From: Planctomycetota bacterium
GTDB lineage: Bacteria > Planctomycetota > SZUA-567 > H5-PLA8
Length of the DNA stretch: 39,845 nucleotides
Assembly: GCA_045863855.1 (NCBI GenBank)
Contig: BTVV01000052.1
Span: 1-39,845 of the forward strand
Reading direction: 5' to 3'
Every line of letters begins with the position of its first letter. Position 1 is the stretch's first letter. The notes beneath the pieces are model-generated. The model did not search any database. It was given only the letters and a program-made list of their open reading frames with translations, and was not told the DNA's origin. Both the position numbers and the translations under genes were made by a program. Positions 20,401 through 29,700 of the stretch are shown here, piece by piece.

Positions 20401-22254
20401 TACGCTTCGGCGCTCTTGCTGCGCACGCGCTTAGGCGAAGTGCGCGTACCGGTGCGCGTGCGCGTCCAAAGCCCGATTCCGATCCCGCCTTTCCACGTCA
20501 CGCCCACCGAAGTCACGCTGCGCATTCTGGATAGCGTGCCCGAAGCGCCGCTCACCCTGGTGCTGACCAGCCACCGCGACGAAGATTTGGCGATCCAACT
20601 GCACGCCGAACCCGGACCGGGATCGGCCCAAGCCTACGCCATGATTTTGGATGCCGCGGGCCGAGGCGCAGCGGAAGCCAAGCGCGAACTCCCGGGCCGC
20701 GCGCGGCTTAGCGTGCTGATCCAAGCCCATCCCGATGCCGTGGACGGCGAGACCGGACTGGTCGTGCTCGAAGGCGAACGCGAGCGCCAGGCGGTCCGCG
20801 TGCGCATCGAACGCGTGGACAGTCCGCCCACCGCCGCCGCGCCGCGCGCTTCGCCGCTCCTCGATTTCTTCGACTGGGTGCGCCTGCTGGTCCTCTTACT
20901 GCTTTTGCTGCTGGTACTTCTGGCACGCGCGCTGCTCAAACGCCGCTGGGTGCGCTACGCGACCTACGCGATGCTGCTTCACGCGGCCTTCTTCCTGATC
21001 GCCATTCCGCCGGGACAGATGGTCGGCGCGCTGCCCGAATCGGTGCAGATCACGCTCCTGACGACGCAAGACGATTGGGGCGGCGCGCTCTCGCCCGAAC
21101 AGCGCCGCCGGCTCGACGAACTAGGCGCTTCCGCCGAGGCCGGTGGGGGCGCGCAAGCCGCCGCGGCCGAATCGGCTCCGCCCGGCGCCGGCGGGCACGA
21201 TCTCCTTCAACCTGAAGACCTTACCAGCGCCGCCGCCGCACCCGCCGCCGCCGCACCGCTGGCCTCCGCGCAACTCGAAGCCGCCGCGCCGCCACCGCCC
21301 GCGCCCGAAAGTTCGCGCGCCGCGCCTTCGGCCCTCGCCGACGACGCTCCGCTCGCCGCGCTCCCCGTCGATCGACCGGTGCCTGCGCCGGCTCCGCAAA
21401 TGCCGCAGCCGCAACCGGTTCGAGCCGAATCCAGCGGCCCCGTCTTCGCTTCCGAACCGGCCTTGGAACTGCCCAGCCGCGATCCGCGCGAAGCGCAACC
21501 GCGCGCCGCGCCCGAAGCCGCTTGGACGCCGCCGCAAGCATCGGCGCAGACCGCGGTTGCGCCGCGCACCCCGGTACCGGTGCAGGAACGTCCCACACGC
21601 GAAGCGCCCGCCGTCTCGGATCTGCCGTTCTTCGAAGCACCGCTCGACGCGCCCGCCGTCGCGCAGGCCACGCCGGCGCCGGCCGCCGCGCCAAGCCCCG
21701 AAGCGCGCACGACTTCCGTCTCCGGCTCGGCGCCGTCCGTGCCTGCGGCCTCGACTTTGGCATCGTCCGTAACCACGCGCACAACCGGAAGCGCGCCGAA
21801 CGCGCAACCGCTGGCGTCCAGCACCCTTGGAGATTCCCAAGCGCCTTCGTTCGCCGCGGCGCTCAGCGGTCCCGCGCACGCCGGACAGGCCGCCGGCAGC
21901 GTCGAACGCTCCGGCCGCGGCGCGGCCGGCGGATCGCCGGGCGATCCCGCCCTGGACTTCGGCGCGCCTAATACAGGCGCGGCCGGAATCGGTTCGCAGC
22001 CGGGCGCAACCGGAAGCGGCAGCGGTCCGCAGGCGCGTCCCGGCGCACGCGGTTCGGGACTCGGCGCGTTGCTGGAAGGCGGTGCGGGCAACGATCTTGC
22101 CGCGCTGGGACGCCTCACCGGTACGGGCCTCTCGGACGCCGGCGGTCCGCGTGCGACGCACGGCGGCTTGGCGCCCGGACCGCAAGCCGGCTCCGGAAGC
22201 GGAATCGATTCGACCGCGGGCACCGCAAACGGCACGCAACCCGGCGCTACCTGA
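17431..22254 (+). CDS. Large VWA-domain membrane protein (VWA, Ig-like repeats, 2 TM, Pro/Ala/Gly-rich linker); probably the N-terminal part of a gene interrupted by an in-frame TGA
   Basis: Signal-like TLALAFCLALPAALRA; MIDAS DGSLS...GQTD...LLSDG; repeats LEAPNAIDFG, LEPQALELG, LDPPELDFG; two TM helices near 20875-21006. Start uncertain (17431, 17464 or 17533). Confidence 0.8.
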   Translation: MNRGGGAAPTLMRSADARARGRTFALTQAKGLGYVHAATLALAFCLALPAALRAAEATIQLPEAQGALLGPDDTLELNLVLNAPAAGMQTQAPQVLAYLLATGQAAPEPAAAAHGRVFSWASPTQSGTWHLHVRGLTPPGDGEAWDLLLRWSWPGTKVQGEQRLPGAIRFRTGLPDVVLLCDGSLSMGRNDPERLRVEAARMFVRLGWRSGGIGRVAVAQFDDHTRVLLPLTPVDQPAHFEPAFENLREMGQTDINGGIRLALKLLQEGAQGRRSAIVLLSDGKQEPGDYADVHLEAKAAGVPIHTLALGGTADRELLKRIADETGGTFSSAASGQELLHLYGAVAGRIAGGRTVLSTRLNSNASTNFPADGSIRSLSASALSDRAGVLNLKDPRGAAWPSEARAHAVLYLQWPAIGAWETSWQSPEAAAANLELSAQTALYPLFFRAQPVSGAALELDADLPRAAFSLAEGAGLVPEARVELTLYVNGSRTPLESGVLAASAGDGLYTALFEKLAAAQLPDGTRGEVRLLAQGPRLADQPFRREATSAWVLRRSARRSLEAPNAIDFGVQASGSSLSAPLNLRMRGRGGPFGARLEGLDAHVALPQAPELAGVPERLEAQGSAQLTLNVTLPEALPPGVYGGRIALRVDAEGRDEPLEAAVPWRVEVTAPALVLEPQALELGPLWPGEHANVALRAATDAGRLRVFPFQLRDENRVTFAHPAAWQPAAPLRAARPALKLLDANPALVALDRNGQAFELDFMVAHDAVAGPFEARVVLRDFDGVERASIPVRGRVRATALVLETEPALGRLEPGDREEFPFAWRLDPAPPGGLLPAASFRSGGDDPERGTALARVGADGPTGVLTLNVAQPAPAGPLTGWIELRRGPALLVSRWQAEVIAPALTLDPPELDFGFLRPGQTKSLPLNVALRAARGVRLLPELPQPLAKPRFPEMQLEDALSTTLQPADLFPGGSLAREARIAVPESAQDGLYASALLLRTRLGEVRVPVRVRVQSPIPIPPFHVTPTEVTLRILDSVPEAPLTLVLTSHRDEDLAIQLHAEPGPGSAQAYAMILDAAGRGAAEAKRELPGRARLSVLIQAHPDAVDGETGLVVLEGERERQAVRVRIERVDSPPTAAAPRASPLLDFFDWVRLLVLLLLLLLVLLARALLKRRWVRYATYAMLLHAAFFLIAIPPGQMVGALPESVQITLLTTQDDWGGALSPEQRRRLDELGASAEAGGGAQAAAAESAPPGAGGHDLLQPEDLTSAAAAPAAAAPLASAQLEAAAPPPPAPESSRAAPSALADDAPLAALPVDRPVPAPAPQMPQPQPVRAESSGPVFASEPALELPSRDPREAQPRAAPEAAWTPPQASAQTAVAPRTPVPVQERPTREAPAVSDLPFFEAPLDAPAVAQATPAPAAAPSPEARTTSVSGSAPSVPAASTLASSVTTRTTGSAPNAQPLASSTLGDSQAPSFAAALSGPAHAGQAAGSVERSGRGAAGGSPGDPALDFGAPNTGAAGIGSQPGATGSGSGPQARPGARGSGLGALLEGGAGNDLAALGRLTGTGLSDAGGPRATHGGLAPGPQAGSGSGIDSTAGTANGTQPGAT

Positions 22255-22290
22255 CGCGCCGCATGCGGCAGCGGTAAAGGCGATGCTCCG

Positions 22291-23850
22291 TTGGATTTAG
22301 GCGCCGCACCCGGCCACGGCGGGCGCGGCCAGACGCCCGGTCCGGGCGCCGTCGACGCCGGAAAAGGAGCCGGCCGCGCCGAAGCCGCCGGAAGCGGCCT
22401 GGGCTTCGGCGGTGCGTTCGGCCCCGGCAGCGGAACCGATCGGGCCGGACTGCCGGGCGGGATGCCTTCGGCCGGCCCTTCGATGCCGCGCACGCAACCC
22501 TATGACTCGCAAGCCGATTACGCGCTCGCCTGGGCCGACGGCAAGTCGCGCGATCCCAGTCTGAGTCCCGGGCCCAGCGCGCGGAACACCGGCCTGCGCC
22601 CGCAGTGGGGGCATCCCACGCACGCTTCGCTGAAGCTGGTGTTGGGCCTCGCGCGCCACCGCGGCGACTGGAACAGTTCGCCGACGGCGCTCTTCCATTT
22701 GGCCGCGGCCTTCCGCGAACGCTGCGGCTTGCCCGACGTGACCGTCGCCGTCCGCGAAGTGGGGCTCGAAGACCGCGTGGCGCTGAACGCCTGCACGTTG
22801 GTGCTCCTGACCAGCAACGATCCGGTTCCGCTGAACCCGTTGGAAGAGAAAGGCTTGCAAGCGTATCTCGCGCAAGGCGGCACGCTCTGGGTCAACGATT
22901 CCAGCGCCAGCGGCGACGAACGCTTCGACCGCGCGTTCCTGGCCCAGTTGGCCAAGCTCTGGCCGCACGCGCCTTTGCGGCTGCTGCCGTCCGACCATCA
23001 CGTCTTCGCCAGCGCGTACGAGTTGCGCGAAGGCTACAAAGGCTATCGCATCCCGCCGGGAGATAAGTTCCGCGAGCAGTTCTTCCGCGGCCTGGACCTG
23101 CCCGGCGGCGCCGGCGAAGCGCGCACGGCGCTCTTCTATACGCGCAACGACTACGCCGACGGCCTGGAAATCGATCCGCGCATGACCGCCGGACGCCTCT
23201 CGCTCACCGATCTGACGCCCGACGAAATGCTGGAAGGTTCGTTGCGCGTAGGAATTAACCTGATCGCGTATGCGCTGAAGCACGATGCGCCGCGCTTCCC
23301 GCCGCCGCCCGAAGGCAGCGCGCACGACCGTAAGCTTTACCGCTACGAAGGCCCGCCGCTCCCGGTCTTCGATTCTTTCGTCGTCGCCGAAGCCGGCGGC
23401 TTAAGCTGGAAAGTCGAGGACTGGGGCAGCCCCGCGATTCTCGAAGCCGCGCGCACAGGCGAGTTTGGCGGTTTACGCGTGCGTTTCCAAGGCAGCGCGA
23501 AGATGAAAGCCGCCGTCGCGCGGGAACTGGATCTCGACCTGAGCGCCGCGAAGGCGCTGGTCTTCGACCTGCACAGTTCGCTGCCGCACGGGATCAACGC
23601 CGCACTGCTGTATCAGACCGCGCCGGAATTCGCGGGCTTCGAGACGCGCCCGGTCTTCGTTCGCCCGGGCTGGAACCGCGGCCTGCGCTTCCCCTTAGAG
23701 CTGGACGATTTCAAGAGTTCCAAGAACGAGTGGAAGACCTACGACACGCCGTTCCGGCCGCGCACGCAGGTCCGGAGGCTGGCGATCCTGCTTTACAATC
23801 AGGATGCGGCGGGGACGGTGCTATTGCAGAATCTGCGGATCGAGAAATAG
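22291..23850 (+). CDS. DUF4159-domain protein with a C-terminal carbohydrate-binding-like jelly-roll; same frame as the upstream VWA ORF
   Basis: RHRGDWNSSPTAL, LQAYLAQGGTLWVND, LPSDHHVF, RVGINLIAYAL; C-terminal DLSAAKALVFD...VRPGWN...LRFPL...VRRLAI. No RBS or signal peptide at the TTG. Confidence 0.75.
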   Translation: MDLGAAPGHGGRGQTPGPGAVDAGKGAGRAEAAGSGLGFGGAFGPGSGTDRAGLPGGMPSAGPSMPRTQPYDSQADYALAWADGKSRDPSLSPGPSARNTGLRPQWGHPTHASLKLVLGLARHRGDWNSSPTALFHLAAAFRERCGLPDVTVAVREVGLEDRVALNACTLVLLTSNDPVPLNPLEEKGLQAYLAQGGTLWVNDSSASGDERFDRAFLAQLAKLWPHAPLRLLPSDHHVFASAYELREGYKGYRIPPGDKFREQFFRGLDLPGGAGEARTALFYTRNDYADGLEIDPRMTAGRLSLTDLTPDEMLEGSLRVGINLIAYALKHDAPRFPPPPEGSAHDRKLYRYEGPPLPVFDSFVVAEAGGLSWKVEDWGSPAILEAARTGEFGGLRVRFQGSAKMKAAVARELDLDLSAAKALVFDLHSSLPHGINAALLYQTAPEFAGFETRPVFVRPGWNRGLRFPLELDDFKSSKNEWKTYDTPFRPRTQVRRLAILLYNQDAAGTVLLQNLRIEK

Positions 23851-23896
23851 TCCGCCGAATGTTGAGCAGAATGCCAACCGCAGGAACTCCAACGGC

Positions 23897-25342
23897 TTAC
23901 GGAATCTGATGGATCAGAATACGTCCGGTGAAAGTGCCGGTCTTTTCGCGTCCGACGGCGACGACGAGCGTATCGCCGCTGGCCACCAGCTTGCGCTTCT
24001 TGGCCTGCCGCACGCCTTGGTGCAGGACTTCGCTGGTGTGCCGCCAGCGCTGGCAAGGCAGCGGCGTGACTCCCCACAACAGCGTCATGCGCCCCACCGC
24101 GCGCGAATCGGGACTGAGCCCCAGCACCGGGACCCGCGGGCGTGAGGAAGACACGTAGCGCGCGGTCGTACTGGAATGCGTAACGGCCACGATCGCACGG
24201 ACTTGCATGCTGCGCGCGATCTTCTCGACACCCAGCGCCAGCGCGTCGTGCAAACTCCCCAGATGCGCCTCGCGGCCCACATCCTTATAGTAAAGGTCCG
24301 CGCCGAGCTTGAAGCGTTCGGCCTCCTCGGCGATGCGGCTCATCGTCGCGACCGTCTCGACCGGATACTTGCCGACGGCCGTCTCGCCGCTGAGCATCAC
24401 CGCACCGGTGCCGTCGAGAATCGCGTTCGATACGTCGCTCACCTCGGCGCGCGTGGGGCGCGGATGCTGGGTCATCGATTCGAGCATCTGCGTGGCGGTG
24501 ATGACCGGCGTGTCGAGGCGGTTGCAGAGCTGGATCAGGCGCTTCTGAATCGGCGGAACGCGCTCGAAGGCCAGTTCGACGCCCAGATCGCCGCGGGCGA
24601 CCATGATGCCGTCGCTGGCTTTGACGATCTCCTCGAGTTGTTCCAGGGCTTCGGGCTTTTCGATCTTGGCGATCAGCCATGGCGCGAACTCGACCTTCGC
24701 AAGCCGCTTGCGCACCGGCGCGAGGTCTTCGGGACGGCGAACGAAGGAAAGCGCCACGAAATCGACGCGGTTCGCGATGCCCCACTCGAGGTCCTGCAAA
24801 TCCTTCTTCGTCACGCTGGGGATGCTCAGCTTCGCGCCGGGCAGGTTCAGTCCTTTGCGGCTCTTGAGCGTGCCGCCGCTGGCGAAGCGGACCTTCACAC
24901 GTCCGCGCGAGATGGAAAGCACGTGCGCTTCCATGCCGCCGTCGTCGAAGAGCATGCGGTCGCCGCGCGTCAAATCGTCGGCGAGCGCGGGATATTCGAT
25001 CGGGAGCGCCCCGGCTGGCGCTTTGCCCCCGCGCTTCACGGAAGCCAGCGTGACCACCTCGCCGTCGGCGATCTCGACGGCGTCGCCCGGCAGCGTGCCG
25101 ACGCGAATCTTGGGTCCGCAGAGATCCTGGAGGACACCGACGGGAACCCCCGCGGATTCGGACGCGGCGCGCAGTTCGGCCAGCATCCGGGCGTGGGCCT
25201 CGTATTCGCCGTGGCTGAAATTGAGGCGCGCGACGTTCATGCCCGCGCGGATCATGCGTTCCAGCGTTTTGCGGTTCGAACTCGCGGGGCCCAGGGTGCA
25301 GATGATCTTCGTGCGGCGAAAGCACGCGTTCGGCGACGGCAT
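23897..25342 (-). CDS. pyk: Pyruvate kinase
   Basis: RRTKIICTLGPAS, GMNVARLNFSHG, DLCGPKIR, IAKIEKPEA, DGIMVARGDLGVE, ATQMLESM, PTRAEVSDV, VMLSGETA; ATG at 25342. Confidence 0.97.
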   Translation of the reverse strand: MPSPNACFRRTKIICTLGPASSNRKTLERMIRAGMNVARLNFSHGEYEAHARMLAELRAASESAGVPVGVLQDLCGPKIRVGTLPGDAVEIADGEVVTLASVKRGGKAPAGALPIEYPALADDLTRGDRMLFDDGGMEAHVLSISRGRVKVRFASGGTLKSRKGLNLPGAKLSIPSVTKKDLQDLEWGIANRVDFVALSFVRRPEDLAPVRKRLAKVEFAPWLIAKIEKPEALEQLEEIVKASDGIMVARGDLGVELAFERVPPIQKRLIQLCNRLDTPVITATQMLESMTQHPRPTRAEVSDVSNAILDGTGAVMLSGETAVGKYPVETVATMSRIAEEAERFKLGADLYYKDVGREAHLGSLHDALALGVEKIARSMQVRAIVAVTHSSTTARYVSSSRPRVPVLGLSPDSRAVGRMTLLWGVTPLPCQRWRHTSEVLHQGVRQAKKRKLVASGDTLVVAVGREKTGTFTGRILIHQIP

Positions 25343-25462
25343 GGTTGATTCCTCGATGCGAAGGAATAGCGTAATCGCGCGCCCAGCGAATGCCACGTTC
25401 AAGAACTCCCGCGTGCGGGGTTCTCGCGGTAGAATGAAAGCAACGGTAAAGGAGCGCCCCGG

Positions 25463-26710
25463 ATGCGGCTTCAAGCGTGGCTGATTTTGAGCGTCGTGCT
25501 GTGCTGCGGCCACCTGCGTGCCGAAACGGCCGCCGAACAGGCGCGCGCCGGCGGCGAACTTGTGGAACTGCGCGGGTATTCGATCCTTCGGCTGACGGGC
25601 TCTGACTCGCGCAGCCGCGGTTTCGCGCACGGCTACTACCTGGCCGAGCACGTGATCGGAAGTCTCGACGACGCCCTGCGCAGCCTGCCGTGGTTCGGCG
25701 CGGATTCGTACGAGCAGCAATTGCGCCCGTGGTCGGCGAACAAGTTCCACTGGGACGCCGACGCGAAAGACGAATTGGCCGGCCTGTACGCGGGGATGCT
25801 CGCCCGGCTGGGGCCCGAGCGCCTGCGCAGCGTGGTGCTCGGCCGAGCGCTGCAACCCGACGACTTATTCGCGATCAACTGCATCGCGGACTGGTTCGGG
25901 CCGGCGTGCTCGGGCTTCACGGCGTGGGGCAAGCTGACGCCGGACGGAAAGGTGATTCACGGCCGAAACCTCGACTTCCCCATCGGCGGGCGCGCGGTCT
26001 CGAATCAGGTGATCCTCGCCGTCGCGGCGCTGCCCGAACGCGAAGGACGCCCCGCGCGGCGCGCGTGGATCGGCGTGGGCTGGCCGGGGCTGGTGAGCCT
26101 GTATTCGGGCATGAACGACGCGGGGCTGGTCTGCTGCTTGCACGATTCGAACAACGTCAAGCACGGCGGCGCGGACGAAGGGTTCGTCGCGCGCGGCGTG
26201 CTGCTGCGGCGCATCCTGGAAAGCGTGGACCCGCGCGCGGGCGATCCTGGCGCGGCTTCGGCCAAACTGGCGGCCGAGCGCCCCACCGCGTGCGGCAACC
26301 TCTTTCATCTGAGCTGGCCCGGCGGAGCGGGCGATCTGCCGCCGGCGGCGGTGCTGGAATTCGACGCGCAGGACCGCGACGGCGGGGAGGCGGTGCAGAT
26401 CCGGCGCATGGACGCTTCGCAGCGGCTGGTGGTGACAAACCATTATTGCGTGCGGCGCGCGCCGCAAAGCTGCGACCGCTTTGCGCAGATCGGCCTCGCG
26501 CTGGGGCTGCTGGCGTCGCAGTCGCAGCCCATCGGCGTGCCCGAAGCGCGGCGCGTGCTGATCGCCGGAAAACTCGCCGCCGCCGCGCACACGCTGGTCT
26601 TCGAACCCGCCGATCTGCGCATGACCGTCTCGGTCACGCGCGGCAACGTGCTCTCTCCGCATGCCGCGGGGACAACCTTCACGCTGGCCGAACTCTTCGC
26701 GAAGCCCTGA
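25463..26710 (+). CDS. Secreted peptidase C45-family Ntn-hydrolase (acyltransferase/amidase)
   Basis: Signal peptide; RGFAHGYYLA; autocleavage nucleophile ACSGFTAWG...IHGRNLDF; SGMNDAGL; VVTNHY. Confidence 0.85.
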   Translation: MRLQAWLILSVVLCCGHLRAETAAEQARAGGELVELRGYSILRLTGSDSRSRGFAHGYYLAEHVIGSLDDALRSLPWFGADSYEQQLRPWSANKFHWDADAKDELAGLYAGMLARLGPERLRSVVLGRALQPDDLFAINCIADWFGPACSGFTAWGKLTPDGKVIHGRNLDFPIGGRAVSNQVILAVAALPEREGRPARRAWIGVGWPGLVSLYSGMNDAGLVCCLHDSNNVKHGGADEGFVARGVLLRRILESVDPRAGDPGAASAKLAAERPTACGNLFHLSWPGGAGDLPPAAVLEFDAQDRDGGEAVQIRRMDASQRLVVTNHYCVRRAPQSCDRFAQIGLALGLLASQSQPIGVPEARRVLIAGKLAAAAHTLVFEPADLRMTVSVTRGNVLSPHAAGTTFTLAELFAKP

Positions 26711-26722
26711 TCCGGCGCCGCC

Positions 26723-29700
26723 CTATTCGTTCGGCAGATCGGCGAACGGCTTCCCGGCCGCGTCGGCAATGCGGAAGCAGAAGCGCAGCTTGCCTTGCGG
26801 GATGCCGGCCTTGATCAGGATTTCGTTCTCGCCGTTGCGCAGCGTGACCTGCGCGATGCCTTGGTCTTTCTCGTTGCCCGGAAAGCGTTCGGCCACCACG
26901 CGCCGGCCGTTGACCCAGATCGAGATGCCGTCGTTGACGCCGAAGAAGAGCAGCGCGCTGCGTTCGGTCGGCACGTTGAACTTACGGTAGGCGTAAGCGA
27001 AGTACGGGGCACGCTCCAGATCGCGGCGCTGGTCCTTCTCGAAGGGCTCCAGCAGCGCATCGCCCAATTCCATCCACTGGCTCTTGCCCTTCTTCGGATC
27101 GTTTTCGTTTTTGAGCGCCAGCCAGGTCAGCTCTTTCGTGAAGGGGCCTTCGACTTTCCAGTTCAAGTCCACGTTGCGCTCGGGGTCCATGACCTGATCC
27201 AGGCCGCGGCGTTCGCCCAGCGCCTGGAACGGCCCGATGACTTGCCAGCGCGTCCAGCAAGGCGCGTACTTGGCGTAGAATGCGCGCTGCGCGTCACGGG
27301 AAAGCTTTAGCGTCGTCATCAAGTCTTCGCAGCGCAGCGTGGTATTGGCGGTTCCGTCGCGCGAATAGAGTTCGCGGAGGTAGTCGAAGATGGCCAGCGC
27401 GTTGGGCGTACCCGGATGCCGGCGCAAGAAATCTTCCAGTTCGCGGATCGAATCGCGTACGGCTTGATCGCCTTGGTACGTGTTCAGGATACGGCGCAAG
27501 AAGGTCCAGCTCTCGGGGCTGTCCGGCACCAAGTCCGCAACTTCGCGGTATAGCTTGCGGTACGCTTCATGGTCGGGCGCCTTTGCGGCCACTACGTTGG
27601 GATCCTTGAAGCTGAACCACATCTTCCAGCCGGGCTCGTTCAGGTGGCTGTTCAAGAGCCCCTTGTTGGCGCCTGCCGACCAGGATTTCTGGCCCGACTT
27701 CACCGGCGCGCTCTCCAGCTTCAACGCGTTGCCTTCCAGCGGGAACTTATCCGGGAGCGCGTCTTCGATCAGAACCTGTTCCTTACCTGCCACCGTGACC
27801 GAGACCCGGTCCCAATGGCACTTTCCGCCGAACGAAGTGAACGCCATGGCGGCGATGTCGAGGCCGTCGAGTTCCAAATCCATGGCGCGGATCTCCAGTT
27901 GCGTCCACTGCCCGGGCGGCGGAAGGTCGCCCATGCGCCTCGATTCGACACTGCCTTCGCGGCCCCAGCCCACCTTATTCTCGCCCCAGTACGCGCGGCG
28001 ATTCCAATTCTGGCCCACCGGGAAGAACTGCACCATCAGCATCTGCGGCGGCTCCTTAGGATCGGGGTAGACCCAAAGGCGGAGCACGCGACCGGCCAGC
28101 GCGTCGATGGTCTGCTCGGGAACTTTCGCGCTCTTGGCGAATGCCACCGTCGCCTGCCGCGGTTCGCCCGCGCCCAGCCTACGATTGGCATCTTCCAGCC
28201 AGGACAATGCGCGAATGGTGTTGATGCTTTCGGGATGCGCCTTGACGAAGTTCTCCAGTTCGATCTTGCGCTCGCCGTACGCCTTGAGGCCGCGTTTGCT
28301 GCGCAGGATCAACTCCAGGTACTGCAGCGATTCGGGCGCGTCGGGAATCTTCGCGATCACCTTGCGGTAGCGTTCGACCTTTTCGGTCGAGATATCGAGC
28401 AGCGAGAGGCGTCCGAGTCGCGGCAGGATCAACTGCGGGCTGGTGACACCGGCCCCCCACTCCACCGCGGTTTCGACCCCTTCGCCGTCGTCGTCCAGCA
28501 CGGCCAGGCCGAGGTAGATTTCGTTCTCCCGGCCCGGGCGCTTGCGCGCGTCGCGGCGGATCAGCGGCCAAGGCAGGAGCAGTTCGTAGCGCAGACCTTT
28601 TCCGTCCGGCGCGCGGTTGACGCGCCCGGTCACGCTTACCGGAGTCTCATCCTGAGATCGCGTGACCGTATCGATCACCGTGCGACCGTCGACCAGCGCC
28701 ATGGAGCAGACCAGATCCTCGCTGCGGTCGTAGCCGTAACGCGGCTCGGACAGGCCGTTCAGCCCGATGCGCAGACTGTCGGCACTGGCCAGTTCCGCGC
28801 CGGAAAGCGGCGGCTGGAACTTGTCGTCGCGCACATCCACGGCCAGGAAAATACCATCTTCGTTCCAGCCGGCGTAAACCTTGGCGGACAGATCGTCCGC
28901 GCCCTTCCACGCCGCCGCATCGCCCAAGGAGAACGCCTGTGCGGGATCGGCGAGGTTCAGCGGTTCGCTGCCGGACCACTCGCTCAGGTCGCCGTCGGCC
29001 TTGGCTCCGCTTGGCGCAAGGAACGCTTCGAGCGTGAGCGGCGCCAACTCGGCCAGCGCGCGGCGCGTTTCGCGATGCGTGGCCGGAGGCAACTTGCCGT
29101 CTTGCAGCGCGGCTTGCAGCCGTGACGCCGCCGCCGGCCGCGTTTTCTCGTTGGGCGCGAACGCGAAGAGCCCTTCCTGCCCTCCGATCAGGAAAAGCGG
29201 CCACATGGGCCGAACTTCGCCGATCCAGCCATGGCCCTGCGGATGGCGCAACGGCGTCACCGGCAAATCGCGGTCGTCGAGCATCTGCCCCGTTTCCCAG
29301 TCGTACGTGCGCAGCACGTAACGCTCCGAGGCGCCCCATCCGCTGCGCGTGTACAGGAGGTACAGCATGCCTTGCCAGCGTTGTGCCGAACGCAAATGGT
29401 GATTCTGAGCATCTTCGGGGCGAAGTTCGATGCGCCAGATCTCCTTCGTCTCCTTGGCGCCGAAGGCTCCGTCCAGGCGCGTAATCAACTTGCTCCAATC
29501 GCCCTGAAAGACCAGCCAGCCGTCGTCGTACTTGATCTGCCCGCCGGCTATATCGTCGATCTGCTTTCCGGTCATCAAGTCGAAGGTCATGCGGCGCCAA
29601 CCGCGGTTCTTGCCGTCGCGTTCGTTCCCGTGGTATACGACCGTGTTGCCCGAGATTTCCAGCCCCAGGTCGGCATAGCCGCTCGCGTCGAGCCGTTCGA

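Noticed and set aside
22252..22300. Selenocysteine at the in-frame TGA
   Set aside because: It falls in a low-complexity Gly/Ala linker with no redox motif, and the downstream hairpin does not resemble a bacterial SECIS.
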